Shown here in pieces: positions 26,070 through 40,025 of a stretch of 64,000 bases of DNA (position 1 is the first letter of the stretch; every line of letters starts with the position of its first letter). The notes under the pieces are model-generated. The model had not been told where the DNA came from, ran no database searches, and saw nothing but the letters and a program-made list of their open reading frames with translations. This stretch comes from Octopus sinensis (Eukaryota): positions 47,802,001-47,866,000 of the forward strand of contig NC_042998.1 of assembly GCF_006345805.1 (NCBI RefSeq). The letters run 5' to 3'. Made by a program: the position numbers and the translations under genes.

Positions 26070-26560
26070 GCAGCGATTGGTAAGAGTTATGAGGCTAATG
26101 TCCTTCTTGAACCATGGCCAACTGATGAAGGCTGCACGAAAAACATGAGCAAGAAAAGAGTTTCGGTGGGTTGACCTCCCATGAACAAAGGACTGAGTGC
26201 TGTGGTTAGTGCAAAGCCGGGGAAAGAGTAACAGTATTGGTGACAAGAGAACGAGCGACAATTGGAATGAGTGATCCGGTAGTCTTAAGTCAATGGGGGC
26301 ACGAAACCAACCTGCATCAAGAAGCGAAGGTCAAGGACGAAAAGCAAAGGAATGGCCGGCAAATTTAGCTCAATTAGTCAGGTGATCTTCGAAGTGAGAA
26401 ACAGGAGGGAAAGGCAATGACCATGGACCTTTACAGCTCCTCTGAGACTGATGAGAAAGAGTGAGGAAGATATCTTCGAACTGGAGATATATCTTGAATA
26501 CTTATAACGGAGTGGATTCCTTCGCAAAAGGCCACAAAGTATTTTACTCGGTGCAGTAAC
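26070..26560 (-). pseudogene. CR1/Jockey-group LINE C-terminal remnant
   Basis: PRLCTNHSTQSFVHGRSTHRNSFLAHVF resembles the 'RT..Y..SF..RT..LWNSLP..VF' LINE terminus; heavily decayed. Confidence 0.5.
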
Positions 26561-26564
26561 GATT

Positions 26565-26750
26565 CTTATTTCTGTATTGCCCACAAGGGGCTAAACATAG
26601 AGGGGACAAACAAGGTACTTAATTTATCGACCCCGAAAGGATGAAAGGCAAAGTCGACCTCGGCGGAATTTGAACTCAGAACGCAGCGGCGGACGAAATA
26701 CCACAAAGCATTTCGCCCGGTGTGCTAACGTTTCTGCCAGCTCGCCGCCT
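26565..26750 (-). mobile_element. Young SINE A copy with an internal deletion
   Basis: CpGs intact; the tail is joined directly to the central domain. Confidence 0.85.
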
Positions 26751-27752
26751 TTAGACAATGAACTAATAACCATAGGCTCTCCCTCGCCTTAATAACGTAT
26801 CGTGTGAAGCCCTATTACAACATTATAACATTGAGTGTCGATAGACGAAAGAGAAATGCTATCATCAGATTCTTTAAACCATTTATCATATCCGGCCCAA
26901 ATATTATTCAACTTGTTTTACGTTCAAACTGCCCAGATTCGGCCACTCACACCAAAACTATACAATACGATTCTGAAAATAAAGTCACATCATCGAAATC
27001 TGGAAGCTACGAGATAATGCATGATCAATTCAAGACTATGTGAACGAATAATTTGACAGAGAGTAATCTCAATGTTAAAGGGTTAAATTATAGCCAACCG
27101 TTAATTGGGAGCAAGTAGTATGCTTTGGCTAATTGCTATAAATAGTCACTCACTCAGTTTCCTCAAAATTGACCCAGCTGAAAATCCAAGATATAGCTAA
27201 CACCTGGAAGCATAGAGGGCTGAGCCAGTACTCGATTGGTACTCACTTGCATCTGAGTAAACTGGGACAATATAAAAATAAAGTGCCTTGCTCAAGATCA
27301 CAACGCAACATCTTGTCCGGAACCTGAACGGCCTCTCAAACCACTAGGTGACGCACCTTCACTTAAGCTTTCTAATATTCTGATTTATGGCAGGTAAATA
27401 TCTCATCTTCGGCTGTTTAAGACGAGAAGCATTGTAAATCTGTTCACTTTTCCTTTTTAACATTTTTAACAGCGGCAGATAACTCCAGCACGTATATCTA
27501 ACTTAATCCCTTCCGCATTTATTTATTTTTTATTTAATTACTTCATAAGCGGCAAGGCCTTCAATGATATTTAGTCGACTTTACGGGACTTAGTGCTTTC
27601 TCTGGTATTTGATTTAGTGACCCTACAAGGGGGAAAGATGTAGTCAACTTTGGCATAAGAGAGTCAAGGGCAACAAGTTATTCCTTCATTGTCGATATTA
27701 GTGTGTGTGTGTGTGTGTATACACACACATGCATAATATATATATATATATA

Positions 27753-27788
<36 letters not shown>

Positions 27789-27790
<2 letters not shown>

Positions 27791-27985
27791 TTAATCCAAA
27801 CATGAAAACACACAACGCGAGGGCGTGGAGCGAATATAGTATTATTGGCCGCTCAGGAAGAAAGGGAAGAAGGAGGGTTTAACGTTTCGAGCGGAGCTCT
27901 TCGTCGGAAACATAGGAAAAGGAAAGATCCAGAGAAGGGCAGACGGAGGAAAAAAAATCGCCGACGGTACACACGCGGTCACACA
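27789..27985 (-). mobile_element. Penelope-like fragment with the hammerhead motif at 27877-27911
   Basis: Homologous to 1033-1200; the 35-nt ribozyme-like core is identical. Confidence 0.6.
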
Positions 27986-29354
27986 CACAAGCATATATAT
28001 ATGTATATATATGATGCATGCACATCTATACATACATACACACACACACATGTACATACACATATTTATACACGACGTATCTAAAACATATACACGTACA
28101 TATATACTTACGCATGTGAAAGAGTGAAAGACATTTGTAATATACATTGCATCTTAAAAATGTAAAACGTGCATCAAATCTCTTATTTGATGCACATACA
28201 TATAGGATACATATATATATAATACAAAGCCACATCAAAAATTTAAATCCAAACCAGAAGAGAAAAAGTGGAAAAGAAAAAGAGAATAAAAAAGAAAAGA
28301 AAAACCCCCCACAAATTCAACACTAAATGCGTCAACTGGTCGCACACCATAATAATGTTCAATGAACCTTTCCTTTGGTATTCATTTCGAATACGAGCAT
28401 ACATAATTTCTACATAGATGTATTATAACTGTTTTATTCCTATTCTGTCTATATTTTCTTATGAAACTGTACACTTGTATTTTCTGTTTGTACAGCTATT
28501 TAATATAGGGAAACAATTAAAAACAATGGGTTTTAGAACTAAACGTAATACTTTTTATTGATCATTTCAAAAGCTCGGGTATTTTTTTTTTTTTTTGGTA
28601 GTTTGAACGTTTAAAAAAAATTAGAGAATTATCTCCCCTAGAAGATTTGATTTAAAAAATGCATTTTACACAGGTGAATCAATACTCTCTGAAGTAAATT
28701 CATGGTGTTGTTGGTGCTTTTTGGGAACATATTTATATATATTTATTATTATAGGTGCAGACACAGATGTACGGTTAAGAAACTCGCTTTACAACCACAT
28801 GGTTTCGGGTTCAGTCCCAGTGCGCAAACCCTTGGGTAAGTGCGTTTTATAAGAGATCTGAGCAGACCAATGTATTGTCAGTGAATTTAGTGGATGGAAA
28901 CTGAGTAGAATCCCATCATTTGTGTGCGTGCGTATGTGTGTCTCTGTCTGTGTACCAAGACTTGACGACCAGTGTTGGCTTGCTCACGTCACCGTAACTT
29001 AGCGGTTCGGTAAAAGATCCGATAGAATAAGTACCAAACTTTGAAAAAAAAAAGAAAAAAATCTTGTTCTGGGGTTGATTTGTTTCCCTAAAATTTTGCA
29101 AAGCGATGCCCCACAATGGCCGCAGTCCAATGACCGAAACATGTAAACGTAATGAGATAAAGATGCGGCCAGATCAAAGAATGCCTCTTATCTCTTTGTT
29201 TCATACAGTGGATAGCGGTTATACTGAGGCACCGTCTTGAGGAGTCTTGTCGAACAAATCGACCTGTCTTTATTCTATAAGTTTCTTTTGACAATCTACT
29301 AAATTACGGGGACGTAAACAAACCAGCATAGTTTGTCAAGCGGTGGCTTTTGAT

Positions 29355-30138
29355 TTTGTCAACTACACAGTATAGTAGGATCAGTTGAGCACCGTCTGTG
29401 AGAAAAACAGCACCGTGACACAATTCACTCTGCCGGAAATTTCGAAACGACATCCTATACTACTTGGCATTCGCGCTGGAAGCTCCAATACGAACATTTC
29501 AGAATGTTTGTGTGTCAATCTGAGGACAAGTGGCGAGAGTGATAAAAATCAAACATCTAGTTAACATCATGGTGTTTGGAGTGATCACTAGTGATGGTGA
29601 CGTTATGCCTCCATTCATCTTCCCACACGACCTCACACTCAACACGGAGGTCTACATTAAGTGCCTGGTGGAAGTAGTACTGCTCTGGGTGAAGAGGATG
29701 GCTGCTTGAAGACCCCATGTCTAGCAACAGGACTCTGCACCATGCCACACAAGCAGAAGAACCCAGTCATAGCTCTTAGACAATTTCTGCGACCACATCA
29801 CATCTAACATGTGGTCATCTAACTCCCCAGACTGCAACCCCTTGATTATTATGTGTGGGGTGCAATTGAGGGAGAGACCAACAAAAAACCTTGTAACACC
29901 AAAGATGAACTAAAGGCAAGGATTATGGCAGCATTCGCCAGCTTAAACAAGGAGACTGTCCATAAGAGTTGCAGGAGATTCTGAAGTCGTCTGGAGGCCG
30001 TGGTCGAAGCCAATGGCGATTTTATTGAATAAATTTACTCTTTAGTATTTCAAGATATTTTTATGTAATTTTGGTAAATATATCTGTTAAAATGAGATCT
30101 CAGTGTTATTTTCATTTTCACGTAATTTAGACGACAAT
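29355..30138 (+). mobile_element. Internally deleted DD37D (maT) mariner transposon
   Basis: IMVFGVITSDG...QQDSAPCH...NSPDCNPLDYYVWG...RLEAVVEANGDFIE*; 37 residues between the second and third Asp; in-frame stops. Confidence 0.9.
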
Positions 30139-30311
30139 TTAATCACCGCAACCTGTATGATTGTGTGTGTGTGTATGTATACACAAACACACACTTTCAG
30201 CTTCCACCAACTACTCACAAGGCATTGGTCAACCGGGGGGCTATGGTAGAAGGCGCTTGCGCAAGGTGCCACGTAGTGAGTCTTAACCAGGAACCATGTG
30301 GTTGAGAAGCA

Positions 30312-30404
<93 letters not shown>

Positions 30405-30434
30405 ATATACAGAGAGAGAGAGAGAGAGAGTCAA

Positions 30435-30722
30435 CATCCGCTTCGGTCATGAATGACCATGTCATTGCACCTAGAACGTTACCCTCCGAGGCACAAGTCC
30501 AAGCAGGGTTAAGGAAGACCAGCAGTCGCCCATGCGTACCAGTCTCCCCTCTCTATGCCACCAATGTTATCTCCAAGGGAAAGGCAAAGGCCAATACAGC
30601 TCGGCACCATTGACATCACAACTCATTTCTACAGCTGAGTGAAGTGGAACAACGTGAAATAATGTATCTTCCTTAAGAACACAACACACAGTCCGGTTCC
30701 GGAATCGAACTCATTATCTTCA
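30435..30722 (-). mobile_element. SINE family C1 (tRNA head, GCTGTAGAAATGAG domain, RTE-like tail)
   Basis: Homologous plus-strand copies at 45470-45775 and 53515-53860. Confidence 0.75.
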
Positions 30723-31344
30723 ATCTATTCTAAGATCGAACGATTAGCCGATATGATACGCTACACAGATATATTCGATACTGATAGACATATAGCAAGA
30801 CCATACATATAATTCCCCCTGATTCGTTGTAACAGTTAATGTCTTATGCTAACTTGACTTCTCTGTGGCTGGCTGTGTACCACCCAATTTTTTTTTCGTA
30901 TTATTATTATTTTATCTTACTTATTTTATTTTATTTCTTCGTTTTTGTCCTCCCCTCTCAGTAGGAAATGTCAACACAGACCACTAATAGGGTCCTTGGT
31001 ATTTAACAGCAGAGGAAACATGAAATCTAAAATAATTTAGCTCTTTGCTACTTGGCTTATATCAATCACATCATGTCACAGACATTTATGGAGAGGGGTG
31101 GGATGAGGGGGGGGGGGAGGAAAACAACAACAACAACAAAAGGAAGAATAGGAAGAAAGAGACACATAGAAAGAGGTGTGGTGGTGGCGTGAGAGGTGGG
31201 GACAGGGCCGGGCGAGGCGAGGCGGGGCGGGGCGGAGCGGGGCGAAATGTTGAAATGAAAGAGAGTTTACAAGCTGAAAGGTTGTTGGCTTGAATAATAG
31301 CAGTAACAATAACAACAACAACAACAACAATCGCAACAACACTT

Positions 31345-32805
31345 CTTTCTGCTATAGACACAAGGCCTGAAACTTTGTTAGGAGGGGCTAGTCGATTTCA
31401 TCACCCCCGCCCTCACCTGCCCCCACCCCTAACCACCACCACCACCACTACCTCCGACTCCGAAAGGATGAAAGGGAAAAGTCCACCGCGGCAGAGTTTG
31501 AATTATTTTATTTATTTAATGTGTGTGTGTGTGTGGTGGGGAGGGGGCATCGTTGATTTCGTCGACCTCCAGTGCTCAACTGACATTTATTTATCGATCC
31601 CGAAAGGGAGAAAGGATAAGTCGACCTCGGTGGAATTCGAACTCATACGGTAAACAGAGAGCAGAAACGCCGCTAAGCATTTTGTCCGACGTGCTAACGA
31701 TTCTACCAGCTCGCCACCATATCAATAATCCTTTCTACTATAGGCACAAAGCCTGAAATTTTCCTTGGGAGGGGGTTAGTCGATAACATCGACCCCGGGG
31801 CACCGACCGCGAAATGCCGAAAGGCATTTGAACTCAGAACGTGAGGACGGACGATATGCTGCTAAGCATTATGTTCGGCGTGCTGAGGTTTCTGCCACCA
31901 TGCCACCATTCCATTAATAATGGTAATCCTTTCTACTATTCTTTTACTGGTTTCAGTCAATTGGCTGTGGCCATGCTGGAGCACCACCTTTAGTCGAACA
32001 AATCGACCCCAGGACTTATTCTCTGTAAACTTAGCGATGGGGGTGAGAGAGACAGACACAGACACAAATAACAAATACATATATATTCTTTTATTTCAGT
32101 CATTTGATCGTAGCCATGCTGGAGCATCGCCTTTTGTCGAACTAATCGACCCCAGAACTTATTCGTTGTAAGCCTAGTACTTATTCTATCGGGTTCTTTG
32201 CCGAACCGCTAAGTTATGGGGACGTAAACACACCAGCATCGGTTGTCAAGCGATGGTGGGAGATGAACAGTCACAAACACACTCACGCACAAACATATAT
32301 ATATATATAATGACGGGCTTTTTTCAGATTTCGTCTACCAAATCCACTCACAAGGCTTTGGTCGCCCCGAGGCTGTAGTAGAAGACACTTGCCCAAGGTG
32401 CCACGCAGTGGGACTGAACTCGGAATTAGGTGGTTGGTAAGCAAGCTACTTACTACATAGCCACTTCTACGCCTTACACAGCAGCCATACTGAAGCACCA
32501 CTTTGAAGAATTTGAGTCATTCGAATCGACCCCAGTACATTATTTAAAGGCTGGTGCTTATTCTATCGATCTCTGGGTCGAACCACTAAGTTACGGGAGC
32601 ATAAACACACCAAAACCGGTTGTCAAGTGATAGTGGGGGACAAACTCAGACACAAAGACACATACACATAGATATGTACATATATGTATACGACAGGCTT
32701 CTTTCGGTTTCCGTTTACCAAATCCACTCACAAGGTTTTGAATAATACACTTGACCAAGGTACCACGCAGTGAGACTGAACCCGGAACCGTGTAGTTGGG
32801 AAGCA
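31345..32805 (-). mobile_element. Dense cluster of SINE A (31345-31910) and SINE B (31940-32805) copies
   Basis: Multiple family motifs, including a full-length SINE B at about 32085-32470. Confidence 0.75.
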
Positions 32806-33160
32806 AGGTGCGTGACTTAGTGGTCAGGGTATTCGGCTCACGATCATGAATTCAATTTCCAGCGGCACGTTGTGTCCTTAGGCAAGACTCTTTATTTCAC
32901 GTTACTCCACTCCAATCACCTGGCAAAAGGGAGTTGTTCATGTAATTCAAATTTCCAGCCTTGTCACATTCCATATCATGTTGAATTTCCTTAAGAACTA
33001 CGGATCAACCAGAGCTTTCATCATCATAACCGATATGGAATGCAATGTGTGTGTGTGTGTAGATATATACAAACGGAAAGACTCGGGTTTTAAACTCGTA
33101 ACCTTAAAGCGGTACCCTTTGCTTGTAGTGTAATTTTACACCTCCCTTCTAGGCATAGTT

Positions 33161-33661
33161 AGGTGAATATTTCGTATTTCGTACCTCCGTGTGAAATATG
33201 TTTTATTCCACGAGTTTTTTCGAGTGCATTCAACGTATCTGACCTCCAAACTCACCGCAAGCCACTTTTATCCGGAAAAGAAAGGTGAGGTATCTCGGAG
33301 TTTCCCACTAACGGTGTTTTGTTTCGCAGGTTTTTGTTCTTTTCCAGGTTATTTTGCATACTTTCAACGAATGTGACATAAAAATGAGGCGTAAACGGCT
33401 CCTTTCCTCAGAAAAGTGAAGAAGTTCTAGCACACCCTACTACAACGTATCAACTATCTGCGTGCGATAAAGGACCCGCCGATATTTCGCTCTGAAATAA
33501 TTTTTTACCCCCTCCCCTTCCCACTTTTCTTTTCCAAAATAAAAAAAAATGTAACTTGCGGTGGGTCTGGAAGTTAGATATGTTGAATGCACTCGAAAAA
33601 CCTGTGGAAATAAATTGCTCCACACCGAGGTACGAACGGGTCCTTTACGAAATATTTACCT
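33161..33661. mobile_element. MITE with imperfect TIRs of about 110 bp
   Basis: aggtgaatatttcgta / tacgaaatatttacct ends; tcgagtgcattcaac pairs with gttgaatgcactcga. Confidence 0.8.
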
Positions 33662-33675
33662 GTGGTTATTAACTG

Positions 33676-33900
33676 ATACACAAATACACCGGTACACACG
33701 ACTGTAAACAATGAAAGTAGCTGTAATAATTGCTTTGGCACCAGAAATTGTTACATCATGGATATTTACTGATAGACAAATACATCGTACAACGTTTTTG
33801 CTTGACCCTTTAGCCTTTTTAACATTTTGTTTATGTGTTGGTGTACACAAATACACCGGTACAGAAGATTGTAAACAATGAAAGTAGCTGTAATATTTGG
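33676..33900 (+). repeat. Direct duplication of about 55 nt
   Basis: tacacaaatacaccggtaca...tgtaaacaatgaaagtagctgtaata occurs at about 33677 and 33844. Confidence 0.8.
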
Positions 33901-34179
33901 GGTGGTGTACAAGACGTCGTTACAAAGAAAAACGCTAGACAAAATGGTTGACAGAATGAAGAGGGAATGATAAAGATGTGACGTCGTCGTCGTCATGGTA
34001 TAAAATGTATTTTACTATAGTTGATTATAGAAAAATTATTTTCGAGAAAATGTTACATTGTTTCAATCCAAACGAAGATAAAAATTACATGTTCACACTC
34101 GCAGAGTGTAATACAATTACCTTTGATTTGGTGGAGCCGTTTCAGAATGCATATGGAACAGACAGACACACAAAAATGT

Positions 34180-34570
<391 letters not shown>

Positions 34571-35149
34571 TATTGAAGAGAGGCAAGCAGCGAGAGTAAG
34601 CGCATACGAGTGCCATAGTACTAATAGATTTTTTTTCAAGATATATGAAAATTTAGAGCAGGAGAGAGGGAGAGAGAGGGGGGGACAGACAGAGAACTGT
34701 GTCATTGTGTATACGTTACTTGCTGCAGTGAATATTTGTTAGTAACGAATCGGAAGAGTCGGTGACAATATCCAGAAGTGCTATAACAAGTTAGGGTTAC
34801 TCAGCTTACAAGTGAAGAGTTCACATCCTGCTGCTGGGACTGAGTTACTCGAGTACTAACACTGCACTTCCTTTGCCTCTTTGCTATGTGTGTGTGTGTG
34901 TAGCAAAATCTAAAGAGGTATGAAGAAAGAGAGGGAGACGTAGGAAGAGTATGGGAAAGACTGGCTGTAAACGTAAAAGAAAGACAGAAACAAAGATGGA
35001 ATGAATGATGATGTCCTATTAGAGTTGTAAAAAAAGTGATGCTTGATGTTTAGTAGATTTACAATCTCAAGATTGTGTGGGAAACTAAAAAAAACACAAG
35101 CGTTATCAACTATAGGCAGAATAAGAGATAGAATGAGAGAGAGGGAGAG

Positions 35150-35217
<68 letters not shown>

Positions 35218-35255
35218 TCAGAATGTTGTATTAACTATGATATTCCATAGGAAAT

Positions 35256-35735
35256 TAAGACGGCGGGCTGGCAGAATCGTTAGCACGTCCAGCAAAACGC
35301 ATAGCAGTATTTCGTCCGCTGTTACGTTCTGAGTTCAAATTCCGCCGAGGTCGACTTAGCTTTTCATTCTTTCGCGGGATCAATAAATTAAGTACCAGTG
35401 AAACACTGGGGTCGATGTAATCACATAGAACCTCCCTCCCCCAAAATTTCAGGTCTTGTGCCACTAGTAGAAAGGATATTACATAGGAAATTGAGGCGGT
35501 GAGCGGACAGAATCGTTACACAGTGACTCAAGTGCTGAAAGTTTGATAAGTGCCAGCGTATGAAACTCACGGCCCTTGTGGCTGTGTGGTAAGAAGCTTG
35601 CTTCCTAACAACATGATTTCGGGTTCAGTCCCACTGCGTGGCACCTTGCGCAAGTATCTTCTACTGTAGCATCGGGGCCAATAACCAAAACCTTGTGAAT
35701 GGATTTCGCAAACGAAACTGAAAGAAGCCCGTCGT
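35256..35735 (+). mobile_element. SINE A (35256-35478) followed by a SINE B head (35575-35735)
   Basis: Family motifs with CpGs retained. Confidence 0.8.
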
Positions 35736-35793
35736 ATGTGTGTGTATACATACATACATACGTACAGACACACAGACAGACAGATAGGCAGAC

Positions 35794-35848
<55 letters not shown>

Positions 35849-35853
35849 CAGAC

Positions 35854-35887
<34 letters not shown>

Positions 35888-36760
35888 AGCTTAGACATTT
35901 TTCACTTCTATTGTACTCAGCTAAGAACAAAAGATGTGTGAGTTAATCCGACACATTTGATGTCTCTTAATACTGCAGGAAGTCTCAGCAATTCTAGTTG
36001 GGTTAGTGAGCCAAATGTCTCTCTCTCTCTCCACATCACTACTTTTTGTTCGCCCCTCCACCTGCCACTGTTTCCAGTAGCTTCATAATATTACTTTATC
36101 TTTTATTCTTAGCTGTCGGTGTTGTTGCTGTTATGTTATGTTGGTCTTTGCTGTTCTTGTCCCCCATTGTCCGTTTATTGTTTATTACAATACAACAATA
36201 ACAGTTACATGACTCGTCAACTGTCTCGTTGGACATATTATTTACTACTTACACGAAGATTTTTATCACTGTGGCTAGACAACTCTCCTCCTATCTTCCA
36301 TCTCTCTCTGATATATATCATTTACTTACTTCAATCATTATTAGACTGCGGCCATGCTGGGACACCGCTTTGAAGAATTTTGAATTTTGGACGAACGAAT
36401 CGACTCCAGTACTTATTATTTTTTGGTAAAACCTGGTACTTATTCTATCGATTAATTTTGCCGAACGGCTAAGTTACTGGGAGGTAAACACCCCCACAGC
36501 GGTTTTCAATGCACACACACACACACACACGTGTAGGTCTGTTTGAGGTTGTATTTATATATAAAACTGAATTAAAGGTAATGCTCCGTCATAATTATTA
36601 TCATTATTATTATCATTATAATTATATATTTCGTTTTGTATCCGGTGTGCAAGATTCTTTATGTGAATTTGTGTGTTAAAACAAATTTCGTTGTGTCTAG
36701 GTAGAGTCATATTGCATTACTCAACGGTTCAATTTCCAGTCGCATACATACATACATACA

Positions 36761-36792
<32 letters not shown>

Positions 36793-36951
36793 GAGAGAGA
36801 GAGACAAGTTAGACAACTGCCCCACGAGCGAAGCAAAGCTAGGACACCAGACTGCAGTTTCATATTAATGGGAATTACCGACAGTGTGCCTCCATGGCTT
36901 CTACATTATGTGTGTGTGTGTGTGTGTGTGAGATTGTCGCTAAGTATAACT

Positions 36952-37166
36952 AAGATGTTAAAAACACCTGCATTGCTAGAAATAAGAGCTAAAGTGCTCT
37001 AATGCTGTAGTCAAAGCACATAATTGTATACATATGTAAGGAATTCTCGACCGGCGTTTTAGGGCGATTATAATCCGTCAGTATATATGTATACAATTAT
37101 GTGCTTTAACTACAGTATTAGAACATTTTAGCTCTTATTTCTAGCAATGTAGATGTTCTAACACAC
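36952..37166. mobile_element. Fold-back MITE (arms about 80 bp, spacer about 45 nt)
   Basis: cattgctagaaataagagctaaa pairs with tttagctcttatttctagcaatg; a related arm lies at 57940-58070. Confidence 0.8.
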
Positions 37167-37237
37167 TAGTCATATTTAGTGACAATTATAGTTTTCCTTT
37201 TTGGGAAAACATTGCACACTGCTGTCTCTATAATTTC

Positions 37238-37283
<46 letters not shown>

Positions 37284-37434
37284 AGAGAAAAAAATCTATC
37301 AGAAAGGAACTCTATCTCTCTTAAAAAAATATCTTTTGATAAGCATAACAAATGCGCAACCGTAAAAAGAACTTTCACCTAATTAAATACACTCTCCCTT
37401 ACTTAAATTATTTTGTCAGCATTTTAAAAATTTC

Positions 37435-37483
<49 letters not shown>

Positions 37484-37795
37484 TACACACACGCATGTGT
37501 ATGTACATATGTATAAATGCCTGTGTATGTATGTGCGTGCGAACTGTAGCATTAGAGGTTCCGCTGAAGCGACCGACTGAATTCGTAGCAAGCTTAAAGT
37601 AAGGACTGGGGTAGATTCGTTCAACATAAAATCCCTTGAAGGTGTTGTTGCCCCAGCATGTCCGTAGCCCGATGACTTAAACAAGAGCAGTATTTATTTG
37701 TTATTCCCACACCACACAAACAGCCAGCCAACCACCCACGCAGTATGTCTTTTACATTTATTACAAGCAAATGACATTGTGTTAGATGTGTGTAT

Positions 37796-38130
37796 AGGAG
37801 TGGCTGTGTGGTAAGTAGCTTGCTAACCAACCACATGGTTACGGGTTCAGTCCCGCTGCGTGGCATCTTGGGCAAGTGTCTTCTGCTATAGCCCCGGGCC
37901 GACCAATGCCTTGTGAGTGTATGTGTTAGTGTGTCTGTGTTTGTTCCCCTAGCATTGCTTGACAACCGATGCTGGTGTGTTTACGTCCCCGTCACTTAGC
38001 GGTTCGGCAAAAGAGACCGATAGAATAAGTACTGGTCTTACAAAGAATAAGTCCTGTGGTCGATTTGCTCGACTAAAAAAGACGATGCTCCAGCATGGCT
38101 GCAGTCAAATGACTGTAACAAGTAAAAGAG
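37796..38130 (+). mobile_element. Full-length SINE B
   Basis: GGAGTGGCTGTGTGGTAAG head, CORE-like TTGGGCAAGTG, tail ending acaagtaaaagag. Confidence 0.85.
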
Positions 38131-39507
38131 TATATGTACACACACACGTATGTCAAAAGTGTGTGCATATGCAACACTATGGAGACATAGGTATGTATAT
38201 GTGTGGTATATGTACATGTCTATGTGTTTAGCAAGCACTTACACACAAACTTGCACGTATGCACCTATGTGCAAGTTGTGTTACGTGTAAGCGTAATTAA
38301 TAGGAAGATATATATATGTATCTGGGCAAGTTTATCAATGTTTTAAAGTTCGTCAACAAAGCCACCCTGTACCTATACCCCTTGTTTTCTTCTTGCGATG
38401 ATAGAGCGGGTCTTATCATAAGGAACTGGCGACAAGCTTGCCATTAATTCCTTAGATCTTGTTTACTAACTCACACATCAGATAAATTGATGATGCGACA
38501 TTAATTAGGTGGAAAACAAAACAAATATAAAAAGATGTGTCAAAAATAACACAAAACAAACAAACTTCAAAAAAAGATCTTTTGGTTTCATATGTTACAT
38601 ATGCACACACACACACACACACACACATCCATACCTATAGAAATATATATGGATATATACATATATAGGCGCAGCTGTGTGGTAAGAAGTTAACATCCAA
38701 ACTACATAGTTTTTTGGTTCAGTCCTTCTGTGTGTCATCTTGAGTATGTGTCTTCTACTATAACCTCGGGCCAACCAAAGCCTCACGCAATCGAACCAAT
38801 GAAAGAGCCTCTACCTGGTCGCTCGACACACGAAAAATAGTACCCAAAGTATCCCCCTTCCTAAATCACATGTCCATTGTATGTAATGTCCTAGATTATC
38901 CCTAAAAAGACGGTTTGCTGAAGCCTGGATTGCCTTTGATGATACGTTTGCAGTATCAGGGTTGATTTGAGGCTACATAACAACATTATGGTCAATTTCT
39001 ATGTTGACACCTGCACGACTTTCGCTAAGGAAAAAAAAAATTGATTTTTTGCATGGAATCAAGTACCCTGACCTCCTAATATGCTGCAAATCCTTATTTT
39101 GGTTCGGAAAAAATGAGGAGGGGGGATCCCTCCCCAATCCCGGAATCATTGGATTTTTTTGCGTTGAATGAATTTCTGTGACCTCCTAATATTGCAAAAT
39201 TAGGTTACTTAAGGTGAGCCTGGTAACTGATGGTTTTGGTGTCTTGTTGTTTGTAACATTTGGTGAGCTATGGTGCAACCAACAAGATGGTAAAAATCCC
39301 TGCCATTAATTTGGTATGGATGGGTAATATCAAATAATTCAATCACAACATATATTTAAATTAAATACGAAAAAACTTGAAATATTATCATCACTTACAT
39401 GGAAAAATTGAAATATTATCTTTCAGTATTTTATAAGGTAAAATCTTAAATTATTAATTGACACATTATTAATTATCTTACAACAGCAATGCCTGGAAAA
39501 ATCATGG

Positions 39508-40025
39508 ATTACATGGAAAAATGTGAGGATGAAAAGTCATATTCTTAAGATTATAAACCTGGAAAAGTACAGGAAAAGTTATTACACCTGTAAAAGTATA
39601 GGACAAGCTATTACTTCTAGTAAAGTAAAGAATAAGAAACTTTTTATTTAAAATATTGCAGCTAAAATTAAAATTTGAATATTAAAACTTATTTTATTAT
39701 AGTTTACAAATAACACTATATTTATTTAAGTAGAATTTGGCTAATTTACTACCTTAAATACAGAAAAAAGTGACTAATTAGACAAACCTACAAATTAGCT
39801 GAACAGTTTTGTACAATAAATTTAAAAGATGAGAACTGTAAAGAACGAAAAATTAGAACTAGCATTCTTTGCTGCAATATTTTAAGTAAAAAGTTTCTTA
39901 TTTTTCACTTTACTAGAAGTAATAGCATGTCCTATACTTTTACAGGTGTAATAACTTGACCTGTAGCTTTCCAGGTTTATAATCATAAGAAAATTACTTT
40001 TCATGCTCGCATTTTTCCATGTAAT
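39508..40025. mobile_element. AT-rich MITE with TIRs of about 150 bp
   Basis: ATTACATGGAAAAATG...TATTGCAGC pairs with GCTGCAATA...CATTTTTCCATGTAAT. Confidence 0.85.

Noticed and set aside
26122-26145. CTGATGA...GAAA spacing
   Set aside because: No stem II pairing, and it lies on the antisense strand of a LINE remnant.
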